Part shown: positions 36,402-45,794 of the stretch, piece after piece
Position numbering within the stretch: position 1 is the first letter of the stretch
How the letters are laid out: every line of letters starts with the position of its first letter
IMG/VR virus record: IMGVR_UViG_2919450847_000005
Coordinates: 1-64,000 of that record
Source of the DNA: a virus
Taxonomy: Duplodnaviria > Caudoviricetes
DNA: 64,000 nucleotides
Reading direction: 5' to 3' (one strand)
Position numbers and translations under genes: made by a program
Notes under the pieces: model-generated
The model's database searches: none
What the model was told of the DNA's origin: nothing
The model's input: the letters and a program-made list of their open reading frames with translations, nothing else

Positions 36402-36681
36402 CCATCCCAACATCCGCCGCTTCCTCGACCTGTCGACGGCGCACCTCAAGCTGGAGACGCGCGGCCTCTGGTCGACCACGTTCAATCGCCCGGTTCATGT
36501 CCACCAGATCGAGTACGGCTTCTTCGTCTGGGCCGGCACCGATGAGGACGATGGCACGGACGACGGCTGGCCGACCGAGGTCGCCGCCTGCCGCAAGCTC
36601 GCCCGCTCGCTCGACTGCGACTACCTGCTGTTCGACGCCGATGCGGACACCGTCGAAGGACTGGAGGTGTTCGATGACTAG
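36394..36681 (+). CDS. DUF5983-like protein
   Basis: RFLDLSTAHL...EYGFFVW...AR..DCDYLLFDAD pattern. Confidence 0.6.
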   Translation: MPDHPNIRRFLDLSTAHLKLETRGLWSTTFNRPVHVHQIEYGFFVWAGTDEDDGTDDGWPTEVAACRKLARSLDCDYLLFDADADTVEGLEVFDD

Positions 36682-36910
36682 GTGGCTCTCCCCGACCGGC
36701 AGCCTGATCATCGGCACGCTGGAGAACATCCCCGGCATCGCCCGGCTCATCGATATCAGCGACGATGGCCGCATCGAATACCTGGGCGGAACTGACATCC
36801 TTTGGGATGGGCAGGCGACCGTCCAGCGCGACGGCAAGTCGGTCTTCGTCGACGAGGGCGGGGACGAGTGGGCCTTCGACCAGCTGGTGAAGGCGCCGGC
36901 CGATGGATGA
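36674..36910 (+). CDS. Small acidic hypothetical protein
   Basis: GGAGG RBS before MTRWL; coupled. Confidence 0.65.
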   Translation: MTRWLSPTGSLIIGTLENIPGIARLIDISDDGRIEYLGGTDILWDGQATVQRDGKSVFVDEGGDEWAFDQLVKAPADG

Positions 36911-37511
36911 CCTCACCTCTCGACTAGCCGCTAAGCTCCGCGAGGTCTTAGAGTTCTTCAACGACGCGCCCCGCTTCAGCCTGCGCAACAACCGCCGGCG
37001 GGACTCCTATCAGATCGCCGGTGAGATCGACCTCCTGCTCGAGGAAGCGGACGGTTCGGCCCCGCCACCCGCGCCTAGCATCCCCTCGGACACGGCGCTG
37101 AATGTCCGCATGTCGGACGCCAAGAGCTACACGCCGCTGCAGATGGAGGCGGCTCTCTGCGCCTGGGAATGGATGCTCGAGCACCAGTCGCTTGGAGCCG
37201 ACAACACCGACCTCTGGGAAGCCATGGGCGCCAGCGCCATGCGCAATTGCTCGATACAGGCCGGCTGCATCGCGCTGCTGGTCCACGAGCACATGGAGGC
37301 GCAGGGATACGAGTTCATCGGGGCGTACGATTGGGAGTTCGTTCCCTCCATTCTGGAGCGGCTGGACTGGCGGGCACTGGCAAACGACAACCAGTATCAC
37401 CTCGTGCCCTACAGGCCCGATGTCGCGGCGCTGTTCGTGGTCGTCCTCACCGCGGATATGGCAACTCATCCGCCTAGCCACCGCCTCTTTTTCAAGCGGG
37501 GCGCCGCATGA
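36903..37511 (+). CDS. Hypothetical protein
   Basis: 202-aa coupled ORF. Confidence 0.7.
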   Translation: MDDLTSRLAAKLREVLEFFNDAPRFSLRNNRRRDSYQIAGEIDLLLEEADGSAPPPAPSIPSDTALNVRMSDAKSYTPLQMEAALCAWEWMLEHQSLGADNTDLWEAMGASAMRNCSIQAGCIALLVHEHMEAQGYEFIGAYDWEFVPSILERLDWRALANDNQYHLVPYRPDVAALFVVVLTADMATHPPSHRLFFKRGAA

Positions 37512-37912
37512 TCGGCGACCTGTTCCGCGAGGCTCTCCCGCATCGGCTCGCGCCAGACCATCCCGTCCATCTTGTCGGCCCCTATGCCCGCCAGACTCTA
37601 CACGGCTTCCGGCTCAAGTTCTGGTTCGCCATGACGGGGCACAAGGATGGCACTCGGAGGTACGAACTGGCTTTCGATGTCGGCGACCCGAAAGGCAGGC
37701 ACAGGTATCGCGGATCGGGCGAGCCGGGCGACTATCGGGAGCACACCCTGCCGGGTGACCTGTCGCTCTATCCTTCGATGCCGTTCCCGGCGCACGGCCA
37801 GCGCATCGAAGACGCGCTGACGTCGATGCTCACCGGAGACGACCTTGCCGACGTCGTTCGGCTCACGCGCTTCGGCATCATGCCGGCGCGCTGCATCATC
37901 GAGGAGGGCTGA
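37508..37912 (+). CDS. Paralog-array protein P1
   Basis: FWFAMTGHKDGTRRYELAFD and LTSMLTGDDLADVV match the array pattern. Confidence 0.65.
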   Translation: MIGDLFREALPHRLAPDHPVHLVGPYARQTLHGFRLKFWFAMTGHKDGTRRYELAFDVGDPKGRHRYRGSGEPGDYREHTLPGDLSLYPSMPFPAHGQRIEDALTSMLTGDDLADVVRLTRFGIMPARCIIEEG

Positions 37913-37913
37913 C

Positions 37914-38264
37914 GTGCCCGACATCGAAGCGATCAAGGCGAGGATCGACTACCTAGGACGAGCGCCGCACGGCCATAAGGCACGTGTGCTCCATTGGACT
38001 TTCTTCGCGAAGCCCCCGGGCAAAGCCGTCTGGGAGATCACTTTCGACCTAGACGAACGGAGCTTCTCATCCCGAGGGAGGAGGCGAGATCGCATAAAAT
38101 CCGCGCGGACGCCCGCCAGCTTTCACGCCATCCTGATGGCGCTCTTACCGCCTGATGAAATCGCCTATGCAACGGCGGCTTCGATTACAGGCCTGACGCC
38201 GCGGAAGCGCCCGCGCAAGCCAAGCCCCCCCGCCGAGAATGGCACAACCCGGAGACCAGCGTGA
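37914..38264 (+). CDS. Paralog-array protein P2
   Basis: GTG start after GAGGAGG; HWTFF..WEITFDLDERSF; LLPPDEIAYATAASI. Confidence 0.7.
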   Translation: MPDIEAIKARIDYLGRAPHGHKARVLHWTFFAKPPGKAVWEITFDLDERSFSSRGRRRDRIKSARTPASFHAILMALLPPDEIAYATAASITGLTPRKRPRKPSPPAENGTTRRPA

Positions 38265-39166
38265 ACGTCATGACCCAACACCAGTCCGTATCCACCGTCC
38301 TTGCCTCCCGGGCGATGCTCGTATCGCTGTCCATCTCGCAATGGTCCGGCCACAGGCTGGACCGGAAGGTCACCGACGAGGTGAACCAGCAGCACAACGC
38401 CGCCGCTGACGCCGGCCGCTACAACAAGCATCTTCTTCCGAAGGCGGCACTCGCCGGCATCGTCAGCGTCGTGAGCGAGACGAAGGCCGGCTTCTATGGC
38501 CGGACTCTGCCGTGGATGGACAGCGGCGCCCGGATCATGGCGGCGCACGCCTACCTCCCTCACATGGCCTGGATCCGCAAGCAGTCGAGCAAGTTCGACA
38601 AGGCCGTGGACACCTTCATCGGCGCCTATCCGGGATACGTCCGGGACGCCCAGGCCCGGCTGAACGGCATGTTCAAGCCGGAGGATTACCCCGACGCCGA
38701 TGTGCTGCGCGGCAGGTTCGCCATGCAGGTGAAGGTCCTGCCGGTGCCGACCTCCGATGACTTCCGGGTCGATATGAGCGAGGCGCAGGCAGCGATTATC
38801 CGCAAGGAGATCGAGCAGCAGGTGACCGACGCCACCACGTCGGCGGTTCGGGACATCTACGACCGCGTCGCCGAGGTCACGGGCCGCATGGTCGAACGGC
38901 TGAACGCCTACCGGCCGGCGGTGAAGGAGGGAGACCGCGCCGAGGGCGTCTTCCGGGACTCCCTGGTCGGCAACATCCGCGACCTGATCGACGTGCTGCC
39001 GGGGCTCAACATCACCGGGGATCCCCAGCTGGCCGCGATGGTCGAGAAGCTGCGGCCGCTCGCCGAGCACGACGCACATGTGCTGCGCGACAACCCGAGG
39101 ATCCGGCGCGATGTCGCAGCCGAGGCGCAGGCGATCCTCGACAGCATCGGGGGCTTCCTGGCGTGA
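38261..39166 (+). CDS. DUF3150-like protein
   Basis: LVSLSISQWSG.RLDRKVT, AGRYNKHLLP, TLPW, L..MF...DYP motifs. Confidence 0.7.
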   Translation: MNVMTQHQSVSTVLASRAMLVSLSISQWSGHRLDRKVTDEVNQQHNAAADAGRYNKHLLPKAALAGIVSVVSETKAGFYGRTLPWMDSGARIMAAHAYLPHMAWIRKQSSKFDKAVDTFIGAYPGYVRDAQARLNGMFKPEDYPDADVLRGRFAMQVKVLPVPTSDDFRVDMSEAQAAIIRKEIEQQVTDATTSAVRDIYDRVAEVTGRMVERLNAYRPAVKEGDRAEGVFRDSLVGNIRDLIDVLPGLNITGDPQLAAMVEKLRPLAEHDAHVLRDNPRIRRDVAAEAQAILDSIGGFLA

Positions 39167-39459
39167 AGGCGCTCCCGGACGACTTGTGCTTCATCGCAGG
39201 ACGGACGGTCACGGCGCACACGATCACCTGGGAGTTCCGCAGCGAGGCCGAGTTCGCATCGCGTCGGCCTACCCGCTTCTTCCTGGTGATGGACATCGCC
39301 AGCAGAACCTTCGACACGACGCAGCGGCCGACCGCCCCGGCGATTAAGAGCGACTATCCGGCCGGAGTCGAAACCCTGCGCTCGCTCCTTCCGACGAAGG
39401 AACTGGTGTTGGCGACCGCTCTCTCCATCACCCACCGACAATCGGCTCCCCCCGCTTAG
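39163..39459 (+). CDS. Paralog-array protein P3
   Basis: TWEF...FFLVMDIASRTF; LRSLLPTKELVLATALSI. Confidence 0.7.
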   Translation: MKALPDDLCFIAGRTVTAHTITWEFRSEAEFASRRPTRFFLVMDIASRTFDTTQRPTAPAIKSDYPAGVETLRSLLPTKELVLATALSITHRQSAPPA

Positions 39460-39543
39460 CCAGGGCGCGGCAGGCGAGGGCAGGGGCGGGGCGCCATCAC
39501 CCCCAAGATGGCGCCCCGTTTCCTATCAACTGGAGGACCAAGC

Positions 39544-39951
39544 ATGCCGCCAACTTCAAGGCCGGCACCGCCGTCGCACACCATCACCTACCTGCTCATC
39601 CCGGTGATCGGTGACATCAAGACATTCGAACTCGCACGACCTCGCGATGAAGAAGATTACGGCCGGATGCTCCAAGGCATTCGCCAGCATTTCGATGAAC
39701 GTTTCGAGCATGTGGCCGTGCTCTACAACGGAGAGCGCCGGGACATGTTCGTCGGAGAGACCTCGGCGATCAACGGCCGCCACATCCGCAACGTGCGGGC
39801 CACCGCGATCTACCGGGCCAATGCTCGGGCCCAATGGTTGGCGGGGCTGCACTCCCTCGACCGCGTCCCCGTCGTCGGCTTCAACGCCGAAGCCCTGCCG
39901 GCCATCAGCGGCCCGGCGGTCCTATTCCCTGCCACACTCGTCTGGCGCTAA
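39544..39951 (+). CDS. Hypothetical protein (DUF3846-like motifs)
   Basis: GGAGGA RBS; NVRATAIY and ISGPAVLF. Confidence 0.6.
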   Translation: MPPTSRPAPPSHTITYLLIPVIGDIKTFELARPRDEEDYGRMLQGIRQHFDERFEHVAVLYNGERRDMFVGETSAINGRHIRNVRATAIYRANARAQWLAGLHSLDRVPVVGFNAEALPAISGPAVLFPATLVWR

Positions 39952-40007
39952 GCCCTGTGCAGGGCCGCTCCGCATCCCCGCCGATCATGGCGCAAATGGA
40001 GACCTCC

Positions 40008-41009
40008 ATGCATATCAAGTCCGCCGCCCTCAATCTGGCCGACTATCTCGATGAGGACACGCCCGCCTTCATGATGGGGCCGCCTGGCATCGGCAAGTCG
40101 GCCATCGCCCGGCAGATCGCCGTATCGCGCGGCTGGAACCTGATCGACTTCCGCGCCTCGACCCGCGATCCCGTTGCCCTGATGGGGCTGCCCGACCTCT
40201 CCGACGCGACCACGAAGTGGAAGGTTCCCGACGAGTTCCCGCAGGTGGAGCGCGATGGCGAGGAGGGCATTCTCTTCCTCGACGAGCTAAACGCCGCGGC
40301 GCCGTCCATGATGGCCGCCATGTTCGGCCTGGTGCTGGACCGGCGTGTCGGCGACTACCAGCTGCCGCCGGGCTGGCGCGTGGTGGCGGCGGGCAACCGG
40401 CAGGCGGACCGCGCGGCGGCGCAGCGCATGCCGACGGCCCTGGCCAACCGCTTCGCTCACATCGAAGTCAGCGCCGACACCAGCGGCGACCACGACAACG
40501 TCCACGTCGAGCACTTCAACACGATCGGTGTCGACCCGATCCTCATCGCCTTCCTGCGCTTCCGGCCGGCGCTCATCCACAGCATGCCGACCAATGATGC
40601 GCTGGCCTTCCCCACGCCGCGCTCTTGGGAGCAGGCGGCGAAGTACATCGGCAAGCCGTCATCCCGTCGGCTCAGCCTCATCACCGGCGTGGTTGGGGAG
40701 GGCGCGGCGGCCGAGCTCGAAGGCTTCATCCGCGTCTACCAGAACCTCCCGTCGCTCGACCTGGTGCTGTCGAAGCCTGACACCACGCAGCTGCCCGCCG
40801 ATCCGGCGGCTCGCTTCGCCATCTCGGCCGGCCTCGCCCGGAAGGTGGACGAGAGGACGTTCGCCAACGCCATGGTCTACATGCGCCGGCTGCCGCGCGA
40901 GTTCGAGATCATGTTCACCGTCGACGCCGTGCGGCGCGACACCAAGCTCTCGCACACGCCCACCTTCACCGACTGGGCCGTGCGCAACCAAGACGTGACG
41001 CTCGGCTGA
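40008..41009 (+). CDS. MoxR-type AAA+ ATPase
   Basis: GPPGIGKS Walker A, LFLDELN Walker B, VVAAGN sensor 1, LANRF arginine finger, PTPRSWE sensor 2. Confidence 0.92.
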   Translation: MHIKSAALNLADYLDEDTPAFMMGPPGIGKSAIARQIAVSRGWNLIDFRASTRDPVALMGLPDLSDATTKWKVPDEFPQVERDGEEGILFLDELNAAAPSMMAAMFGLVLDRRVGDYQLPPGWRVVAAGNRQADRAAAQRMPTALANRFAHIEVSADTSGDHDNVHVEHFNTIGVDPILIAFLRFRPALIHSMPTNDALAFPTPRSWEQAAKYIGKPSSRRLSLITGVVGEGAAAELEGFIRVYQNLPSLDLVLSKPDTTQLPADPAARFAISAGLARKVDERTFANAMVYMRRLPREFEIMFTVDAVRRDTKLSHTPTFTDWAVRNQDVTLG

Positions 41010-41012
41010 GCC

Positions 41013-41402
41013 ATGGCGAATGCCCCCATCGTGTGGATAGCCGGACCGGTCGGGTTCCAGATCAGCAACTCCATCGAAGCGGATGCGACCATTACCCGGT
41101 TCAGCCATGTGGTCACAGCCGCACGATGGGAGTTCGTCGGCCGCAGCGAAGCGGACGAACTCCGCCGCTGGGCCCTGCGGTTCGAGCTGAGCTCGCGGAA
41201 GTTCACGGTCAACAGCCTGAACGTCAGCAAGTGGGAGCAGGCGCACAGACAGCGCCTGTTCGACCTCTACCGGCCGGCCGCCATTCTACGCCGTGACCTT
41301 GCGGGCCGAAGCATGCTTGCCGCCATGCGATCGATGCTCACCGATATCGAGATCGCGGAGCTCACCGCGCTGGCCATCCGTGGCGGAGCCGCCGATGGCT
41401 AG
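41013..41402 (+). CDS. Paralog-array protein P4
   Basis: RWEF...WALRFELSSRKF; MRSMLTDIEIAELTALAI. Confidence 0.7.
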   Translation: MANAPIVWIAGPVGFQISNSIEADATITRFSHVVTAARWEFVGRSEADELRRWALRFELSSRKFTVNSLNVSKWEQAHRQRLFDLYRPAAILRRDLAGRSMLAAMRSMLTDIEIAELTALAIRGGAADG

Positions 41403-41715
41403 GATCAAGCGCATCTGGGGGCCGAGCAAGCGCGCCGACAGCCCCGGCATGGCGGTGTGGACGTTCTCGGCTGAGCATGAGGACGGTCGCACCGCCATGT
41501 ACCGGCTGACCTTCTTCCTCGACAGCCGGCGATTTAAGGTCAACCACCTCGGCGAGGACAAGCAGGCCAAGGCCTATCTGCAGACCATGCATACCTTGAT
41601 GAAGCCGGACGACGGGATCTTCGAGGGCAAGGTCACCGACATCCTCAAAGCGCGGATCCCTCCGGAGCAATTGGCGGCCGTCACGGCGCGCGCCCTCCTG
41701 CATGGGAGAAAGTGA
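41395..41715 (+). CDS. Paralog-array protein P5
   Basis: VWTF...YRLTFFLDSRRF; ILKARIPPEQLAAVTARAL. Confidence 0.75.
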   Translation: MARIKRIWGPSKRADSPGMAVWTFSAEHEDGRTAMYRLTFFLDSRRFKVNHLGEDKQAKAYLQTMHTLMKPDDGIFEGKVTDILKARIPPEQLAAVTARALLHGRK

Positions 41716-42089
41716 TGGCAATCATCCGCAAGGTGCTCGGCCCGTTCAGCCCTGAGGCTGTTCACCCAGGCACGAAGGACGCGGAGCTGCGCTGGTACTT
41801 CGTCGGCATCCGTGGCGACCAGACCACCGCGCATTGGGCGCTGATCTTCAAGGCAGAGGATCGGAAGTTCACCGTCTCCACCAGCCAACTCGGCAGCGCG
41901 TGGCGCGGGAATTCCATGGCGCGCGCGTCGAGGGAACTCGGCGACGCGTACCCAAGCGTGGTGGTCCATCCCGATGCGTTTCTCGACGGCAGCCCAGTGG
42001 AGGAGGGACGTGTCGTCGACATCCTGCGCAAACGCCTGAACCCTGAGGATTTCGCCAAAGCCACGGCGTTGGCGATTGCTAGGAGGTGA
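41712..42089 (+). CDS. Paralog-array protein P6
   Basis: RWYF...WALIFKAEDRKF; ILRKRLNPEDFAKATALAI. Confidence 0.75.
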   Translation: MMAIIRKVLGPFSPEAVHPGTKDAELRWYFVGIRGDQTTAHWALIFKAEDRKFTVSTSQLGSAWRGNSMARASRELGDAYPSVVVHPDAFLDGSPVEEGRVVDILRKRLNPEDFAKATALAIARR

Positions 42090-42436
42090 GAATGGAGCGT
42101 GCCTATGGCGTAAAGAGGAGGGGGGACTTCCGCTGGATGATCGAGCAGCGCGTCGCTAAGGCGCCCATCATGCGGTTCGATCTGAGGTTCTCGATCGCAA
42201 CCCGCACCTTCGACTGCTCCGTCTGGAAGAGGTATTCAAAGGCCAGCCCATGGATGAATCGCAAACCCGCTACTGAAGCCGAGCTCGCCATGGCGAAGCA
42301 GGCCATCGGCGCCGAAGAAATTGCCCGCTGCGTCGCCGCCTCTCTCGCGACTTCAGGATCGATCGCGGACACCAGGCGCGCCGTGAATTCCTGGCTTATC
42401 GGGACCTCCGACGGCATTCACCCGAGGCGCGCGTGA
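42086..42436 (+). CDS. Paralog-array protein P7
   Basis: RWMI...FDLRFSIATRTF; AKQAIGAEEIARCVAASL. Confidence 0.7.
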   Translation: MRMERAYGVKRRGDFRWMIEQRVAKAPIMRFDLRFSIATRTFDCSVWKRYSKASPWMNRKPATEAELAMAKQAIGAEEIARCVAASLATSGSIADTRRAVNSWLIGTSDGIHPRRA

Positions 42437-42756
42437 CAACACGGCAAGAGCGTTGGCTTGTCGCGATCGAAGGCCCCACCGAACGCACGGCCATTCCCGA
42501 CTGGCATCTCGATAGAGGCGGCGCCATCGAGTGGTGCTGGCGCTTCCACCGGCGCGGCGATAAGACCCGGTCTTATCTTCTTTCGATCAACCTGGGCTCA
42601 AGGGAGTGGCAGGCTCTGCATAAGCCTCGCCGCATTGAAGAAGGGTACAGGTTCCCTTCGCTGTCCCGAGCCATCCCGCTCCTCCGCTCCAGACTTTCTC
42701 ACCAGGACGTCGCCGAACTGACAGCGGCGCTGATCACACGCGGGGCGAAGCCATGA
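42433..42756 (+). CDS. Paralog-array protein P8
   Basis: EWCW...YLLSINLGSREW; LLRSRLSHQDVAELTAALI. Confidence 0.7.
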   Translation: MTTRQERWLVAIEGPTERTAIPDWHLDRGGAIEWCWRFHRRGDKTRSYLLSINLGSREWQALHKPRRIEEGYRFPSLSRAIPLLRSRLSHQDVAELTAALITRGAKP

Positions 42757-43172
42757 AAGCCGAGACGCTGCGCAAATACTATGGCGCTCCGACGCTCGAC
42801 CGGAGTCTTCCGATCCCCAGCTTCGTATGGCACCCGAAGAAGAGAGGGTGGCCGAAGACGAGCTACCGCCTCAGCTACAGCCCGAGCGGCAGGATGTGGT
42901 TCGGTTCGACCCACATTCGCATCAGTCGCCTCACGAAGAATCCCAGCGCAACCGGGCCGCTCAACCCGCCGGATGTCGAGATCCTAAAAGCCGCGCTCAA
43001 GCCCGAGCAGATCGCCATGTGCGCCGCAGCCTCGATCGAGGCGACCAAGCGACCGCAGGGCGATGCGGTCGTGACGGTTTCCCACGTCCAGTACACCCGC
43101 GTCATCAACCTCAAGATCTCCGCCGGGGGGCATACCTTCACCTCTCCGCCCACCAACAGAGGCGTACCATGA
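42753..43172 (+). CDS. Paralog-array protein P9
   Basis: VWHP...YRLSYSPSGRMW; ILKAALKPEQIAMCAAASI. Confidence 0.7.
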   Translation: MKAETLRKYYGAPTLDRSLPIPSFVWHPKKRGWPKTSYRLSYSPSGRMWFGSTHIRISRLTKNPSATGPLNPPDVEILKAALKPEQIAMCAAASIEATKRPQGDAVVTVSHVQYTRVINLKISAGGHTFTSPPTNRGVP

Positions 43173-44326
43173 ACACCGACGATAAGATCCTCGCCGCGAA
43201 GACGGCGCTCATGTGGGACCACCCGTTCTTCTCGGTGCTGCTGGTCCAGCTGAAGATGATCGATGCGACAGACGACCCGCGCATCAACACCATGGCGACC
43301 GATGGGCGGCACCTCTACTACGACCGGAAGTTCGTCGACGGCCTGAAGAAGGACGAGCTCGTCTTCGTGCTGGCCCACGAGGTCATGCACAACGCGATGC
43401 TGCACAGTATCCGACGGCAGGAGCGGCACCACATGCTGTTCAACATCGCCTGCGACTACGCGATCAACGGCGAGCTCAAGGCGTGCAACGTGGGTACGAT
43501 GCCGAAAGCTGGGCTCATCGACGATCGGTTCACAGGCCTCGGCGCCGAGGAAATCTACCGCATCCTGCTGGAGGAGAACCCGGCGGCAGCAGCCGCGGCG
43601 TCGCAGCCTGGCGCGGACCCAGGCGGGTGCGGCGGCGTGCTCGATGGCTGCGCACAGCACGACGAGGCGGCCAAGGCCGAGCTGAAGGCCGAGATCATGA
43701 CGCAGGTGCAGCAGGCGGCGATGGTCGCCAAGGCCACCCAAGCCGGGAAGCTGCCCGCCGGCATCGCGCGGCTCATCGACCAGCTGCTCGCGCCCAAGGT
43801 CGACTGGCGCGCCGTGCTGCGCCGCTTCATCGACGAGTCCTCGCACCGCGATTTCAGCTGGGCCAAGCCGAACCGCCGGCTCATCCCGCACGGCATCTAT
43901 ACCCCGAGCACGATCAGCGACGGCGTCAGCCACATCGTGATCGCGGTCGACACGTCAGGGTCCATCGATGACGCGATCCTTCGGGACTTCGCCGCCGAGA
44001 TCAACGGGGCGTTCGGCGAGGGGGCGGTCGATCGGCTGTCCGTGATCTACGCCGACGCCCAAGTGAACCACATCGAGGAGTTCGAGACCGGCGACGAACT
44101 GGTGCTGCACCCCGCCGGCGGCGGCGGCACGGCATTCAGCCACACGTTCAAGACGATCGCTGACCAGTTCCCGGATGCGCGGGCCACGATCTACCTGACC
44201 GACATGCACGTCTGCGACTTCGGCGAGGAACCGCCCATGCCGACGCTCTGGGGCGTCTATGGGCGGACCAAAGACTTCGGCTCGCTTACCCCGCCGTTCG
44301 GCGAATGCATCAATATCAGCGTCTAG
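43169..44326 (+). CDS. DUF2201-type putative metallopeptidase with C-terminal VWA-like domain
   Basis: TMATDG, LAHEVMH (HExxH), NIACDYAIN, V.AVDTSGS MIDAS, GGGGT.F, YLTD motifs. Confidence 0.9.
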   Translation: MNTDDKILAAKTALMWDHPFFSVLLVQLKMIDATDDPRINTMATDGRHLYYDRKFVDGLKKDELVFVLAHEVMHNAMLHSIRRQERHHMLFNIACDYAINGELKACNVGTMPKAGLIDDRFTGLGAEEIYRILLEENPAAAAAASQPGADPGGCGGVLDGCAQHDEAAKAELKAEIMTQVQQAAMVAKATQAGKLPAGIARLIDQLLAPKVDWRAVLRRFIDESSHRDFSWAKPNRRLIPHGIYTPSTISDGVSHIVIAVDTSGSIDDAILRDFAAEINGAFGEGAVDRLSVIYADAQVNHIEEFETGDELVLHPAGGGGTAFSHTFKTIADQFPDARATIYLTDMHVCDFGEEPPMPTLWGVYGRTKDFGSLTPPFGECINISV

Positions 44327-44338
44327 AAAGGGGCGAAG

Positions 44339-45058
44339 TCACTTTTCCTCCCGCTGAGTGGTGGCAGTGGACACAGCTAAGAAGGCAAAATCCGCCATGA
44401 TAAGCGCGTTGACGCTCGATTTCATGGTGGAATAGGTCACGATACCATGAATGCAGGCATGTCGGTTGGGGACTGGGTCTCGTGAAATGGCCTCGATGGA
44501 TTCCTTTGTCTTCAGCTTTTTGTACATGTGATTTGTTAACTTCTCAATGAGCCCGTACGTAAACATACCGCCACCATCTGCGTACTCTGCGATTACTTCG
44601 CCGGAGCTCCTTTGCAATTCATGGAGGCTTGAAATCATTTTCCCGGGCTCATCTTTTTTATGCCAAGTGATGCGCCCCAATCGCTCAAGTTCCGGAAATA
44701 TCAATCGAGGTACAGATCTATAAAATCCTGCCTCATGGCAATTGATAGCCTCTTCGAATGTCGCTTTAGCTTCATCGTCGATATTGTGTTTGGAGACCGA
44801 GCTGAGCAAAGTGTGGCGGACCGCGATCCAGTTGTCGCGATAAAATTCTTCGAGTCGCAGGTCTAGTATTGCTGGGTCCAGAAATACGGATTCTTCAAAA
44901 TCTGGTGTCGTTGCGTGAGGTAGCCATCCGGATAAGATGACCTGATCAGATCTAGCGATAGCTTTATTGAAACCTTCGACGGCTCTAGATATGTTCCGAA
45001 GGATGTTCGTGAACGGAGTTATGTCGATGCGAGGGAATAACTGTCGAATCGTGGTCAC
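44339..45058 (-). CDS. Low-GC antisense moron with an Rx4H (HEPN-like) motif
   Basis: 239 aa, GAGGGG RBS, NRHACIHG near the C-terminus; AT-richer than flanks. Confidence 0.7.
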   Translation of the reverse strand: MTTIRQLFPRIDITPFTNILRNISRAVEGFNKAIARSDQVILSGWLPHATTPDFEESVFLDPAILDLRLEEFYRDNWIAVRHTLLSSVSKHNIDDEAKATFEEAINCHEAGFYRSVPRLIFPELERLGRITWHKKDEPGKMISSLHELQRSSGEVIAEYADGGGMFTYGLIEKLTNHMYKKLKTKESIEAISRDPVPNRHACIHGIVTYSTMKSSVNALIMADFAFLAVSTATTQREEK

Positions 45059-45183
45059 TTTCCCCTCATCAATCTCAAGAGCATGAGGTGTGATATATAA
45101 CCGTAGTTATCTCATTCTGACAGAAATTTTTAGATCCGCTCACGACCAACGCCCCGCCGCTAATGGCAATCAAGGAGACCGGC

Positions 45184-45792
45184 ATGCCCATCTTCGACAT
45201 CTTCGTGACCAAGAGCGGCGTGGAGCGCCATAGCGTGAATGCTGCTTCTTTCGCTGACGCGCTGAAGCTTTTTCATTTCGGCGAAACGACCATCAAAGAC
45301 GACGTGACGAGTGACATCGCGCAAGTCATTTTCGAGGATCGGGAGACGGGAGCGCGTCTCACCGACGAGCAGATCGAGGCGGGTGCGAGCGAGAACGCCG
45401 AACCCGTCGTCCGCTCGTATGGCGTCCGGCTGTGGGGCACCTTCCGCGGCTGCGCCACCACGGAGGTCGAGGCGACCAGTTTCGAAGAGGCGATGGCGAA
45501 GGCAGCCGAGCTTGAGCACTTATACTTCGGGTTCTCGCTCGAGGACGGGATCGAGGGCGATCAGACGATGAGCGTGTTCGGCCCGGCGGACGACGCTCCC
45601 GACGATGAGGATGCCTGGGGCGGGGACGGCACGGAAATCGACAAGCGCGACGACGGCGAGCCCTTCAGCTGGGACGCGGTGAACATCGTGAAGGATCTGG
45701 CCAAGGCCAGCCCCGACGGCAACACCGAGATCATCATGACGCTATCGACGTTCATCGACCGTGCGAAGAATGCCTGCTCGAAGGAATCGTAG
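45184..45792 (+). CDS. Acidic hypothetical protein with an internal V.A.S..[DE]A repeat
   Basis: GGAGACC RBS before MPIFD. Confidence 0.7.
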   Translation: MPIFDIFVTKSGVERHSVNAASFADALKLFHFGETTIKDDVTSDIAQVIFEDRETGARLTDEQIEAGASENAEPVVRSYGVRLWGTFRGCATTEVEATSFEEAMAKAAELEHLYFGFSLEDGIEGDQTMSVFGPADDAPDDEDAWGGDGTEIDKRDDGEPFSWDAVNIVKDLAKASPDGNTEIIMTLSTFIDRAKNACSKES

Positions 45793-45794
45793 AC

